NCBI GenBank assembly: GCA_051294375.1
Contig: JBJCIZ010000239.1
Span: 419,055 to 483,054, forward strand
Source of the DNA: Paraspadella gotoi
Lineage: Eukaryota > Animalia > Chaetognatha
DNA length: 64,000 bases
Direction: 5' to 3'
Each line of letters starts with the position of its first letter. The stretch's first letter is position 1. Positions 1 through 12,082 of this stretch are shown piece after piece. The position numbers and the translations under genes are program-made. The notes beneath the pieces were generated by a model. It was not told the origin of the DNA, did no database searches, and saw only the letters and a list, made by a program, of their open reading frames with translations.

Positions 1-900
1 AGAAGGAGAGAGAGAGAAGCGATTGTTCGGACGGTCATAATAGAAACGGATAAAAAATTTTTCCTCCCGGGTATTGACCAAATGGCCTTCAAGAATTCAG
101 CCAATTAATTAAATTATTATTAATATAATCAATCAATCAAATAAATCAATCAATCAATCAATAAATATATGAATAAATAAAGAATCAATCAATCAATCAA
201 ATCAAATCAATACGTCTCAGTTACCCTCTCTAACTGTCATCGCAAATTATTCGCCCTGTAGGCCGAGAGTTCCGACTTTCTTTCATCGATTTCACCGGAG
301 TTTTGATCGGAAGTCAAAAAAAGAAAAATTAAAAAAATATATAAAAATATGGGCGGGAAAAAAAGAAAGAAAGAAAGAAAGATGATAGAAATTCTGGACG
401 GATAATTAGGTAAAAAAAGCCGGAGAGGAAATGTAATAGAGTGAAGGAAATATGGGGTGGGAGGAGGAAGAGGAGGAGGAGGAAGAGGAAGAGGAAGAGG
501 AAGGGGGGAAGTGGAAGGAGAAATGGTAGAAAAATAATGCCTCTTTTTCCGAGGACGCCTCATTTTGGGAATTAGATAAATTTTTATGCGGTTAAAGATT
601 AGATTAGAGTTTAGGATTAAGGATAAAGTTAGGAACTAGGGTTAGGATTTTAGTAAACTTTGTAATGGGCATTATAATCCGAGCAGCAAGGGAAATGCGA
701 GGAAGATTAATTCATACTTAAGATCGGAATATTATGACGTCCCAACATCATGAAGTAAAAGGAAAACAAATTATCCAAAAAAAAAATATACAAAATATGT
801 TTTTGATTTTTCTATCGAAAATTCAAAAAGGCCTTCGGGCCTGATAAATGCGGGTTTTTCAAACTCGATTTAACTTTAAGATGGAAAAAAAATTGAGAGG

Positions 901-932
<32 letters not shown>

Positions 933-1271
933 GAGGAGAGAGAGAGGGAGAGAAGAGGAGGGAGAGAGAAAGAGAGAGAAATAAAAAAAAAAAATCAACA
1001 AAAATTTTAACGAAATAAAAAAAAAGTTAATTAAAAAAAAAGTAATTGAAACTTTTTCCCTCGACTTTTCAAAAAAAATTTTGGCTGCGGCTTTTTCTTT
1101 TTTTTTTCCAGGGAAATACTCCGATATTTATCATTTAGCTTTCCTTTTTTTTCTTTTTCTTTTTTTTTCGCTTTAAAAAGTCAGGAAATGGAATCGATTT
1201 CGTGGAAAAACATTTGAATTTTAGGTTTTTTTTTTTTTTAAACTTTTTAGTCGACTTAATCATTTCGACTT

Positions 1272-2113
1272 CCTCCTTCAAGTTGGAGAATTTTATGGGC
1301 AGTTCGATTCTGAGGCGCTAAACAATGGTTAATTATTGTTTTACCTAATAATTAATTGATTTATGAATTATTTGATCAATTCGTAATTCATTCAATATTT
1401 TATTCTTATTCTTTATTCATTCATTCTATTATTCATTCATTCTTTCATTCACACGTTCTTTCGTTGGTTCCTTCATTCATTAATTTATGCATTTGAATCA
1501 TCCATTAAAACCGTTAACTCTTTGCTTCGTTATTCATTCACTCATTAGCCAATTAATTTATTCATTCACAAATTATATTAATCATTTTTTTATCTCACTC
1601 TCTAATGCATTAATTCATTCATTCATTCATTCATTCTTTCATTCATTTCCTTCAAGTTGGAGATTTTATGGCAGTTCGATCTGAGGCGCTAAAATGGTTA
1701 ATTATTGTTTTACTAATGAATTAATTTGATTATGAATTTATTGATCAATTCGTATTCATCAATATTTTATTCTTATTCTTTATTCATTCATTCTATTATT
1801 CATATCAATTTTTCCATTCACACGTTCTTTCGTGGTTATCCTTCATTCATTAATTTATGCATTGAATCAATCCATTAAAACCGTTAAGCTCTTTGCTTTC
1901 GTTATTCATTCACTCCAAATTAAGCCAATTAATTTCTTCATTCACAAATTGTATTACATTTTTTATCTCACTCTCTAATGCAAATTCCTTATCATTATCA
2001 TTTTTCATTCAATTTCATTCATTCATTCATTCATTATCATTCATTCATTCATTCATTCATCATTCATTCATTCTATTAATTCATTCATTCATTTATTCCT
2101 ATCATTCATTCAT
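1272..2113 (+). repeat. Local ~375-bp tandem duplication next to an N-gap, ending in (TTCA)n
   Basis: CCTTCAAGTTGGAGA...GAGGCGCTAAA at 1275 recurs at about 1649 with indel errors. Only one copy is present in unit 2. Confidence 0.75.
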
Positions 2114-3413
2114 NNNNNNNNNNNNNNNNNNNNNNNNNTCATTCATTCATTCATTCATTCATTCATTTATTCATCAATCCCTTTTATCTTCTCATGTTGA
2201 TCTCTTTTCACATCTTCGAATGCTCCTCCCAAAATGAGTCGCAAAACTTTCGCCCTCGATGTTCTTCTGTTTTTCTTTCGTGATCCGAAACCAATTTTTT
2301 TATCACCTTTATCTTTCACAATCGAGTTGTTAGTTTAAAGGAAAAGATTAAACATTTGTTTACGATTCGGACGAGATAAATGTACATCGGTGTTAGGATG
2401 AAGGGCGGACGTTAATAGCCGAAGGAAATCGGATCCATCACTCGTTCTCGTTTGGGTTATGTTTTTAACTTGTAGGACCGGAAGCAGAACATCTTTAAAT
2501 AGCCCGGAAAACAAAGATACGGTTTATTTACTGTTTTATGTTTATTGACAGATAGATAACATTAATTAAAAATTTTAATATTGATAGTACTAATATTTTT
2601 TAATAATAAAAAAAAAATAAACTGCTTGGAAGATATTTTGTGAACTCGGGAATGGACAATATTTCCCAGGTCATCTTAGTTGACCTTTTTCGGACTCGTC
2701 TTTTTCACCATCGTTGTCGCTTTCTCGTGGTTTTTTCTTTTAGCCGAAAACCTCGTCACTTGTTATTCGATCAAAATCGTTTCGCAGGAAAAGATTTTCA
2801 ATTATTGCACGACATTAAAATTTCCCCATTTGTTTAATTCTACAAGATTAAGCTTATTCGAGCCGGTGGCCTACTTCCTTCAATGATAATATAAATAATA
2901 TAAATAATAAAATAATATAAATGATATAAATAATAATATAAAATAATAAAACATTTTCTACACTGCTGTTTTAAATAAAACTCACGAGGCGGAAATATTC
3001 GAACCCGTCCCTCGACATTTTTACAACTGCTATTGTCTTTTTTTATTTTATTTTACACTCGGTTTATTCCCCGCGATTGCTTGGTCGATGGAGCGACGGT
3101 GCTTGGCGTCAACCAAGCGGACGCTCCGCGGTTCGTCGCTCTCTCGACTCTCTCTCTGTCTCTCTCGCTCGTTGAACAAGCGAAGAGACGGAAAGTGGGA
3201 TGGAGACGAACAAGCACTCTGACACGAAGGTAAATATCAAAAAGAAGAGAGAGAGAGAGAGAGAGAGACAATGAGGGGATGGTCTTTTCATGGTTTGGTT
3301 TTGTGAGGGCAAAAATATAGTAGGAGTCAAGAAAAGAGAGAGAGAGAAGGAGAGAGAGAGAGAGAAGAGAAGACAGAAATAAAGAAAAAAAAGAGAGCGG
3401 GGAGAGAGAGAAG

Positions 3414-3474
<61 letters not shown>

Positions 3475-4114
3475 CAGAGAGAGAGAGAGAAAGACAGATA
3501 GAAAGAGAACAAGAGTATCTAAGAGCCATTATTCAGTTTTAAAGCAAGAGGCGAGCAAAAAATTAATTGTTGATTAATAAAATTAACTAATTACATGTAA
3601 AATTAATACCGCTTTGTCATTCTGTCAAAGTAACTAATTTATATTCGCATATTTATATTGCGTATTTTGAATCGTTAATTAGTTTTCCTGTTAAAACTAA
3701 TTAAAAAAAATGACGCCATATTTTTCTTTACATACATTAACATTTAGTTTTCGCGTGAAAAGTATTTACCAAAAAAAAAAACAAAAAAAAAAACAAACAT
3801 TTTTTTTGGAGAAAACAAAAGAGAGGCGATGTCGCTAATTACTAAACTTGAATTTTTAAAACGAAACAAACTATGTTTTTGAACGAAATAACGGAACTTT
3901 TTTTTAACGACGAAGACGACTATAACGACGATGTAGATGACAGCGACGACGACGAAAACAACGAAGATGACAGCGACGACGACGAAAACAACGACGATGA
4001 CAACGATGCAATGACAGCAACAATCTGCCGGAAAGTCAACACCTTTTTTTTTTTCCTTCGCGTCAAGAGTCGAATTGCAACTGGGATTTAGAGGAGGATT
4101 TTCGTCGCTGAGAG

Positions 4115-4206
<92 letters not shown>

Positions 4207-4724
4207 AGAAATTGTAAGAGAGAGAGCGAGAGAGAGAGAGAGAAAGAGAAAGAGGGGGTGAGATGGCAAGATGGCGAAAGATCGAGAGATTGAGATGGCA
4301 AAACGGCATTTTAACTCCGTAAAACTTTCACCATGTCGCTATATCAATATATCATATTACCTTCTTAACTGCGACCCTCACAACGACAATTTTCCCCTCA
4401 CCCTCACCGCATCACCCTCTCGTCCCCCCCNNNNNNNNNNNNNNNNNNNNNNNNNNNNNNNNNNNNNNNNNNNNNNNNNNNNNNNNNNNNNNNNNNNNNN
4501 NNNNNNNNNNNNNNNNNNNNNNNNNNNNNNNNNNNNNNNNNNNNNNNNNNNNNNNNNNNNNNNNNNNNNNNNNNNNNNNNNNNNNNNNNNNNNNNNNNNN
4601 NNNNNNNNNNNNNNNNNNNNNNNNGGGGTAGCGGAAAGGGTCGGGGATTGAGTGGGTAATGTCGGGCTCACATTGTCTGTTTAAGGAGTCAATTAGAAGG
4701 GATAGGGATATAAAACAATCCGTA

Positions 4725-4975
4725 AACCCTGATCTAATCTTAAACCCTAATACTCACCCAAATCCCAATCTTAATCCTAACACTAATCCTAACCTTAATC
4801 CTAACCCTAATCCTAAACTATCCCTGATCTAATCTTAAACCCTAATCCTAATCATAACCCTAATCTTAACTCTAATTCTAACCCTAACCCTAATCCTATT
4901 CCTAATCCTAAACCCTAATCTCTAACCTTAAAAGCTAATCTCAAACCTAAATCCTTAATCCTAATCTCAAACCAA
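4725..4975 (+). repeat. Degenerate telomere-like (CCTAAC/CCTAAT) tract
   Basis: Repeated aaccctaatcct-type hexamers. Duplicated at about 18790-19040; related tracts at 596-652 (opposite strand) and 61687-61792. Confidence 0.75.
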
Positions 4976-5278
4976 ATTTATTAACCGGATATCCAACTTA
5001 ATCCTTTTCATTAAATTGATTCCGAATTTAGGATAAAAAGGGTCGTTCTGGGAATATAAGGCCGGAGTGTCCTCCTTTCCAGACGGCGCCGCGTCAACGA
5101 GTTTCACGCTTCGCGCCTCTCGGTTTTTTTTTTCGGCTCGATTGTTGTTGTTGTTCTAGAGATTGTTGTTGTTGTTGTTGTCTCTCATATTCGTCGTCAT
5201 CGAAGTAAGGATCGCATATTTTTTTCCTCCGTGGTTTTTTATGAAATTGGTACAATCAATATATAATTTTATTCTCTC

Positions 5279-5355
<77 letters not shown>

Positions 5356-5638
5356 AAAATCGTTACAAACGGAAAAATAAGTATTACGCTTCCAATTTTT
5401 TCTAAGGCATATCAAAGAAGAGTACAAACGGCTGCTTGTTCGTTTTCTACTGATGAAATTATTATGAAACAGATCGAATATACAAAGAAATAAACAAAGA
5501 AAAAGTAAAAATCTCACAAACAAATCTTCCATCTGTGTGAATCTCAGCGTTTGTGAAGGCGGAAGGCGTGAACCGAAAAAAACAAAGCAAAGATGTTCAC
5601 GGCGTGAAAAATAAAAAAAACACGGAATATAGAATTAT

Positions 5639-5715
<77 letters not shown>

Positions 5716-6364
5716 AATATTCAACTCTCTCTCAAAGACGAACAAAGCATCTGGAAATAATCGAATGTTTTGATATCAATCGAGAGATTTGTGTTGCTAA
5801 GAGATTCGGAACAGACGATTATTCTCAACCTCGACAGAATCTTTGAGCGAGAAAATTTCGTTTTATTTTTTTAAATTTAAATTCGATATTAGGGTGAAAA
5901 TGTTCCCGACTGTCGACGCCTTCGTTGTTTAATTTCGTTGTTGGTTTTTTAATTAATCGTTTGAACGGCCGCTCGTGAGCTGGACGTCGCAGAGCCATCT
6001 GTCGGTGAATCGAAATAACTTTAAGCCTATTACGCTTTTATTATTTTAACGAGTATATTCTTTTTCTGTTTTTTTGTTTTGGTTGTCGGTCTGTCTGATT
6101 ATCTGTCTATTCTGTTCACATTTAAACACGCTGCAGTTATAGTTAAATCTTGGAAAAGTTCGACGCGAGACTTTTTTTTCCTCTTTTTGTGAATTTCCGT
6201 GATCATCTGGAATAAATGATAATTTCTATATTTTTACAATTGAACAGGTTTGTCGGTGTTAAACATAAGTTTCTAGTTTTTTCATTCTCGAATGTTTTGC
6301 TTTTTGACCCAAAACAATTACAAAAAATGGGTTTTATATGACGGGAGAAGAGAGAGAGAGAGGG

Positions 6365-6450
<86 letters not shown>

Positions 6451-7947
6451 ATTTTTTGTCACAAGTGAGTCAAAGATGATCGGTTCGTCAAAAATCCTTT
6501 CTCGCCTTTCAAGTCGAACTTCCGCGTCACCTTTCGTCAATTTCCTCTCACTCTCTGTCAGATCAGTCTCTGTCTCTGTCAGCGAAGAGTCCACCTGCCG
6601 TTGACGTCATCGGTTGCACCCACAATCTTTTCACCATCGGAGAGAATGAACGTTTCGCGAAAACAAAATCCTTTTCACGTGTAAAAATGTGAAAAAGTAA
6701 TTACGTGAAAATAATCATTTAATTCGTCAATTAGTCGAAACGACTAATGATGGTAATTTTGTTTTTTTCCTTTTTTTCCCTGTTCTATCTTTTTATATCC
6801 TCAAGAAATTGGTAAATATCATCCATTCATTTAATAAATAAGCGATCTTGCCCATGACTGTTGACATGCTATGATTCCCTATTACAAGTTAATGAAATAG
6901 CAAAAAGCCTTAAAAACTTTCAATCTAATTTATTCAGTCTAAACTATTTACTCCTATCAATTAAATTATTTAATATTTCAAAAAAAAGTAAACAATTGAA
7001 TAAAAGGAGTTTATATTATAATTTATATGGACGAGTTGTCGTCGTCAGGCGCCGCAGCAGACGGTTCGCGGCTCGAGTGACAGGCGAAAAAAAAAACTTG
7101 GTCAATAGTGACATCAACAAGCCGGTCTTCACACCTCACAACAACCGAAACGCCGCATCAGGTTGTGAATAAAATCTAGTTGAATCACAGATATCGTGTG
7201 AATACCTTTAATTTCGAACCAGGTAACAAGATAAATGAAACAGAGCAGATTCCCGTGTATTATTTTGTAACATAGAAAATAAAATAAGCAATTGAATTCT
7301 TTATAGATTTTCCAACGCCGAAGAAGAAAGTAATTTGGATCGTCTGACTCTGATTAGATACGGATCGCAATAACTTTACCTTAATTGGAATTATTTTTTG
7401 TTATGGTTTCGTTCACAAACGTAAACCAATTTTTTTTATCTTTAAATATGAATGCCACGTTGTACAATTAGCCAATTCGATTCCGTTCGCCTTTCTGTGT
7501 GAATTCTATTTATAAAAAAATCTTAATGAAGCGTCTGGAATCTCGGCGCCCAAAGTGTAATCTGAACTTCTTACTCTTGATTTATAGTTTCAATTTTTAA
7601 TTTGGAAAAAAGGTTTCACCTTTCTGGTTTAACAGAGAATTTTCGGTTTGACATCACTTGAAATACTACTGTACCACTAAAAATACCACGATAAAAATTA
7701 ACTTTTGGTTTTTATTCACATTAAGTTATTGTAAAAAAAATAGAGATAATGCTGTCATCATTTATTTTTATCACGAATAGTGTAACAATTTTCTTTGGAA
7801 TGTGAGAGTCTACAGATCATAAATAAATTAAAAAAAAAAAAAAAACTCACAACTTACATAACCTAGTCTAGTAAACATTTTGCACCTAAACGATTTGCAC
7901 AAATAATAATAATTAAAAAAAAAAAACAAACTCCGAAACGATCACCA

Positions 7948-10590
7948 CTAATCCGATTTGTTTTCCGCGTTTTGATTCCGAGCGAAATTGAGGAAAACTT
8001 GTTCCAACGTAGTTTGCGAAACGGAATAATCCTCGATATTAAATTCTTCCCTCGCGCTCTCGATCCTATCGAAAACCTCGGCCCACGATACGTCACGCTC
8101 CGAGGTCGAGGATGTTTCGGGAATCCAGTAATGAATCAAACCCTGATGCTCGTCCTTCAATTGCGCACCCGGAAATGATTCGTCGAGAAACTCCATCAAC
8201 CGCGCGAGACCTTCGGCGTCGGTGCCATTGGTTCCCACGCTTTCCGTTTGCGTTGGTTGCCCAATTCTGGCCATCACCGTGTACCCGTTTCCGAATTTAT
8301 TTTTCAAATGTTGACAACTTCCTATGCATTTGAATATCCCATTGACCATAATGGCCATGCGGGTGCACAATGCCTCGCACTCGTCCATACTGTGCGATGT
8401 GAGAATGATGCTCTGATTACCTCGTTCTCTGATGGAAGACAAGGTATCCCAAAGCAGCCTTCTTGCTACTGGATCCATTCCGGTAGTAGGCTCGTCCAAA
8501 AGGACAATGTCTGGACTACCCACCAACGCAATGGCTGTTGACAGTTTTCTTTTATTTCCACCTGAAAAATTCTTCGTGTATTTGTGGATGTGTTCCTCGA
8601 GAAGAAGAGCACTCACCAAGTGTTTGATCATATCTGGAATCATGTTCTCTTTAATGCCTTTCAACCTGGCATACATTGTGAGCGTTTCCCACCCGGTCAT
8701 TTGGTCTATGAGGGCATCGAATTGAGGACAGTAGCCCATACGTTGTTGGACCCTTCTTAAATTTGATTTGATGTCGTACCCACCAACATAGCCATTACCA
8801 TCTGTTATTGTTTCATCACCGGTTAGCATTTTGAAAGTGGTCGTTTTTCCAGCTCCATTAACGCCGAGAAGTCCGAAACATTCTCCCTTTGGAATGGCCA
8901 ATGATAATTCGTTCACTGCTAGAAATTCGCCATATTTTTTAGTGAGCGAATCTAGAATTATCGCATTACTTTCATCAGTCAATTTGTTTAGTTCGATCAT
9001 GTTTTCAATTCTGAGTTTTTCACTGTTGACATCTTCGTCGACGCTGAGAAGTCGCGACAATCCGTGAAGACGAGAATCTCTCACAAGAGTTGGTTCAGAT
9101 GCACCCTGTGGACGAACTCTTTCCCAGAAACCGCAGAGACGAAGGGCATTTCTGCAACCTCCTCTGATACTGTAGAAAGTACCCCTGAGAACCTGTGATT
9201 CATAGATCATCAGAATTGAAAAAAATGTCGCCGATGCGAGACATAAGAAGAATACTTCTCGGCCGATTCCAGGTTTTTCCCACGACAAATAATTGTCATT
9301 GAATTTGGCACACATATCTCCACAATTTTTTTGACAACATGGAAACGGTTCCGTCATGAGAGCGCAAAAGAAATCCAAGGATATGTTGTATGGCTTCAAA
9401 AAGTCGTGGCATGTTTTGTTAAAATTATAATTGTTGTAAACGTCATTTAATCCTTGCCCAAGAGCAAAGCCGGGAAAGAGCAAAAAAATCCATTCTAATA
9501 TGATCTGTTCATCTTGCGTTCCGAGGTCAGGAATGGATAATATAGCATTTGTAAGCAGAGTAACGACTCCAGTGAAAATATTGAACATCACTAATTTGAC
9601 AAAGCCCGATGTGGGTACATCAAAAACAAAAGAAAATAAATAGACCATTGGTAGTTGAGCAAACGCATAACAAAAAAGTAGTAAAAACACATACGCAAGA
9701 TTGTCTTTGTAAAGATATGCCTGGATGTCAAAAGGAAGGAAGACTAAAACAACTAGAACGGTGGGAATCAAGAAATTTATAAAATCCCAGAGAAAAGTCG
9801 ATAACCAAAAATTGACGAAATGAACGCCCGCGACGATTTGTATGTGCTTTGCTTTGGAGACTCTTTCCCTGATTAGGAATACTGCAAATGATGAACTGAG
9901 AAAACACATTCCGAACATTAGATTAAATGACAGAACAAAGGAATCAAAATTTCTAGTTTGTTCGTCAAGAACCTGATCTCTCGCAGTACGCGGGAGTGGA
10001 TGATTAGTCGCATTAAGGGCGCTAAAATTACCATCCACGATGTAAGACAGAATTGAATTCATTAAGATCTCGAGTGAAATTGCTGGGGTGTGAAATGCTT
10101 GATCGTTAAAAAATCCTATGGCTTTTTTACTTTCATTTGCCTCGGAAAATAAGGCACCAACTATGTAGTGATCATTTAAGTATGAAACACCATCCGATGC
10201 TGCTATTTCTACAAGATATTCATCAATAATTGTATTATTAGTTTTGTTTTGTATCTCATGATCATTTTTTACATAAACCGGGTTGTCTTTAGTATTTCTA
10301 AATTGATCAGCATATTTTATATTCAGTAGAGAAGCATTACTTTTATCTGAGGTGTATGCATTATACGTATATGAAAACTTTTCTAGATTCAAAGGCATAG
10401 GAGGCAAATCACCCGGCTTTGGAAACGTTTTCATCACTAGAAGTGCGGTTGCCAGGTAAAAGGCTGGAATTATCAATTGCGCAAATGAAATAAGCCAATT
10501 CCGTTTTGTATGTAAAACTCGCTTGAGAAACATGGCATAAAATTGTTGGAAATAAAGTTTCAAACCAAAGTTTCTGGTTTCCTGCTGATG
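7948..10590 (-). CDS. ABCA3: ABCA3-like transporter, exon 2 part B (TMD2/ECD2, NBD2, C-terminus)
   Basis: Frame opens after TAA at 10593-10591. It reads RNFGLKLYFQQFYAMFLKR, ERVSKAKHIQ, Walker A GVNGAGKTT, FSGGNKRKL, LLDEPTTG, TSHSMDECE and YSVSQTTLEQVFLNFA, ending at TAG 7950-7948. Confidence 0.92.
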   Translation of the reverse strand, partial: HQQETRNFGLKLYFQQFYAMFLKRVLHTKRNWLISFAQLIIPAFYLATALLVMKTFPKPGDLPPMPLNLEKFSYTYNAYTSDKSNASLLNIKYADQFRNTKDNPVYVKNDHEIQNKTNNTIIDEYLVEIAASDGVSYLNDHYIVGALFSEANESKKAIGFFNDQAFHTPAISLEILMNSILSYIVDGNFSALNATNHPLPRTARDQVLDEQTRNFDSFVLSFNLMFGMCFLSSSFAVFLIRERVSKAKHIQIVAGVHFVNFWLSTFLWDFINFLIPTVLVVLVFLPFDIQAYLYKDNLAYVFLLLFCYAFAQLPMVYLFSFVFDVPTSGFVKLVMFNIFTGVVTLLTNAILSIPDLGTQDEQIILEWIFLLFPGFALGQGLNDVYNNYNFNKTCHDFLKPYNISLDFFCALMTEPFPCCQKNCGDMCAKFNDNYLSWEKPGIGREVFFLCLASATFFSILMIYESQVLRGTFYSIRGGCRNALRLCGFWERVRPQGASEPTLVRDSRLHGLSRLLSVDEDVNSEKLRIENMIELNKLTDESNAIILDSLTKKYGEFLAVNELSLAIPKGECFGLLGVNGAGKTTTFKMLTGDETITDGNGYVGGYDIKSNLRRVQQRMGYCPQFDALIDQMTGWETLTMYARLKGIKENMIPDMIKHLVSALLLEEHIHKYTKNFSGGNKRKLSTAIALVGSPDIVLLDEPTTGMDPVARRLLWDTLSSIRERGNQSIILTSHSMDECEALCTRMAIMVNGIFKCIGSCQHLKNKFGNGYTVMARIGQPTQTESVGTNGTDAEGLARLMEFLDESFPGAQLKDEHQGLIHYWIPETSSTSERDVSWAEVFDRIESAREEFNIEDYSVSQTTLEQVFLNFARNQNAENKSD

Positions 10591-12019
10591 TTATCCATTG
10601 TCTCTGGTTTGAATAAAGTGAATTAGCTGTGTGGTTTGTATCGCCTTCAACTTCAAAATTTGGATTTTCGAAAGCGGTATCATTTTGAGCTGGCGTAGTC
10701 TGTCGAATTTTTTGTGTTAATGTTTCATCCTCTTCTTCTCCAACGCGCATGAAAACCTCCTCCATTGTTGTAATTGATGCTCCATAGCTCATGATACCCA
10801 AACCTTTCTTATTAGCTTCAAGATAAGAAAACAGTTGAGCAAAACTGGAAGAACTCTCTTTGGGAAGAATGAAGGACAACTCCGCACTAATGTTACTTTC
10901 CAACTGTGCTTGAGGGACATGATGACAGATCAACCGAGATATCTTAGACACGTCGCACCTTGTGTTTTCTTTCACTATAACCATGTGGTAACCTGCTCCA
11001 TATTTTGACTTCAAAAACAATGAAGAACCGCAGCATTTCATTACACCGTTAGACATTATAGCTATCCGATTGCCAAGCACATCGGCTTCATCCATGAAGT
11101 GAGTAGTTAGCAATACCGTTCTTCCTTGCTTGTACTTTAATAAAACATCCCAAGTTTGTCTTCGAGCCGATGGATCCATCCCGGAGGTAGGCTCATCCAA
11201 CATTACAACTTTAGGATTTCCAATTAAAGCGATTCCAACAGACAGCTTTCTCTTCATTCCTCCCGATAGATTCTTAGCCAAGGAAAACTTTTTTGTTTCT
11301 AAATTTAAATCTTTCAAAATCTGATTTATTTGTAAATCGAGAGTTACCTTTTCCAGGTGATTTCCTTTTAACTCGCCAAAAAAAACTAAGTGTTCGTAAA
11401 CTGTAAGAGAGTCGAACAAGACATCATGCTGAGGACAGAGGCCAATCGAATGACGAATGTCATCCATTTCATTTCGAATGTCAAAACCATTTATTATAGC
11501 AAATCCTGATGTTGGAGGATATTGACCAGTAAGCACGGACATGGTGGTACTTTTTCCTGCTCCATTGTGCCCAAGTAAGACTGTAATCTGACCTTCAAAC
11601 ATGTCAATGGATGTATTTTTTACAGCAATCTTCGACCCAAAAACCTTTCTCAAATTTTTCATCTGAATACCCGCATTGAGACCAATTGGATTTTTTTCGA
11701 AATACTCGTCACTCTCATTCTTCGAAACTTCCTCAGAATTTTCTAAAATTTCTCTAGAATTAATTTTTTTCTGAATATTTTGTTTCCAACGCGGGCCGAA
11801 CCAATAACTAGGGGAAACGGGAAAATACCACTTTTGCGGCACACCAAGCTCACCGGGAGCGATGCCTTCCACATACCAAGTTATTGTAGCGTACAAAAAA
11901 AAGTCGACAACGAGCATAACCATAACGATTTGCATGCTAAAATTATCATCAACTGATGACGCCTGAGATAATGTTGCCCATTGCAGTCCACCTCCTTTTC
12001 CCTCAAACATTCCCATGAC
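10409..12019 (-). CDS. ABCA3: ABCA3-like transporter, exon 2 part A (end of TMD1, NBD1, regulatory domain 1, linker)
   Basis: Walker A GHNGAGKS, signature LSGGMKRKL, Walker B VMLDEPTSG, TTHFMDEAD and GASITTMEEVF. ABCA homology moves to another frame at about 10590-10560; the last ~50 codons to the stop at 10409 are not ABCA-like. Confidence 0.9.
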   Translation of the reverse strand, partial: VMGMFEGKGGGLQWATLSQASSVDDNFSMQIVMVMLVVDFFLYATITWYVEGIAPGELGVPQKWYFPVSPSYWFGPRWKQNIQKKINSREILENSEEVSKNESDEYFEKNPIGLNAGIQMKNLRKVFGSKIAVKNTSIDMFEGQITVLLGHNGAGKSTTMSVLTGQYPPTSGFAIINGFDIRNEMDDIRHSIGLCPQHDVLFDSLTVYEHLVFFGELKGNHLEKVTLDLQINQILKDLNLETKKFSLAKNLSGGMKRKLSVGIALIGNPKVVMLDEPTSGMDPSARRQTWDVLLKYKQGRTVLLTTHFMDEADVLGNRIAIMSNGVMKCCGSSLFLKSKYGAGYHMVIVKENTRCDVSKISRLICHHVPQAQLESNISAELSFILPKESSSSFAQLFSYLEANKKGLGIMSYGASITTMEEVFMRVGEEEDETLTQKIRQTTPAQNDTAFENPNFEVEGDTNHTANSLYSNQRQWITSAGNQKLWFETLFPTILCHVSQASFTYKTELAYFICAIDNSSLLPGNRTSSDENVSKAG

Positions 12020-12082
12020 CTGAAAAAAAAAAATACCATAAACCTTAGCACAATTTAACGTAATTTATTACTATTTACTTAC
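12020..12082 (-). other. 63-nt phase-0 GT-AG intron of the ABCA gene
   Basis: Minus strand reads GTAAGTAAATAG...TTTTTTTTTTTTCAG. Splicing joins YGCQ to VMGMFEGKG in frame. The same intron is present in copy 2 (about 26049-26109). Confidence 0.9.

Noticed and set aside
1648-2113. Local duplication as a biological event
   Set aside because: Error-laden, abuts an N-gap and is absent from unit 2, so most likely a gap-filling artefact.
5445-5482. CTGATGA...GAAAC hammerhead-like string
   Set aside because: No convincing stem II or stem I pairing, and the copy in unit 2 lacks the core.
3033-6604. Many ORFs rich in SLSLSL, ERERER or poly-D (also at 17-20 kb, 29-35 kb and 54-63 kb)
   Set aside because: Translations of (AG)n, (GAC)n, (TTTC)n and (TTCA)n microsatellites with no domain signal.
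8112-9067. Plus-strand ORFs overlapping the ABCA gene
   Set aside because: Short antisense shadow ORFs of a real coding sequence.
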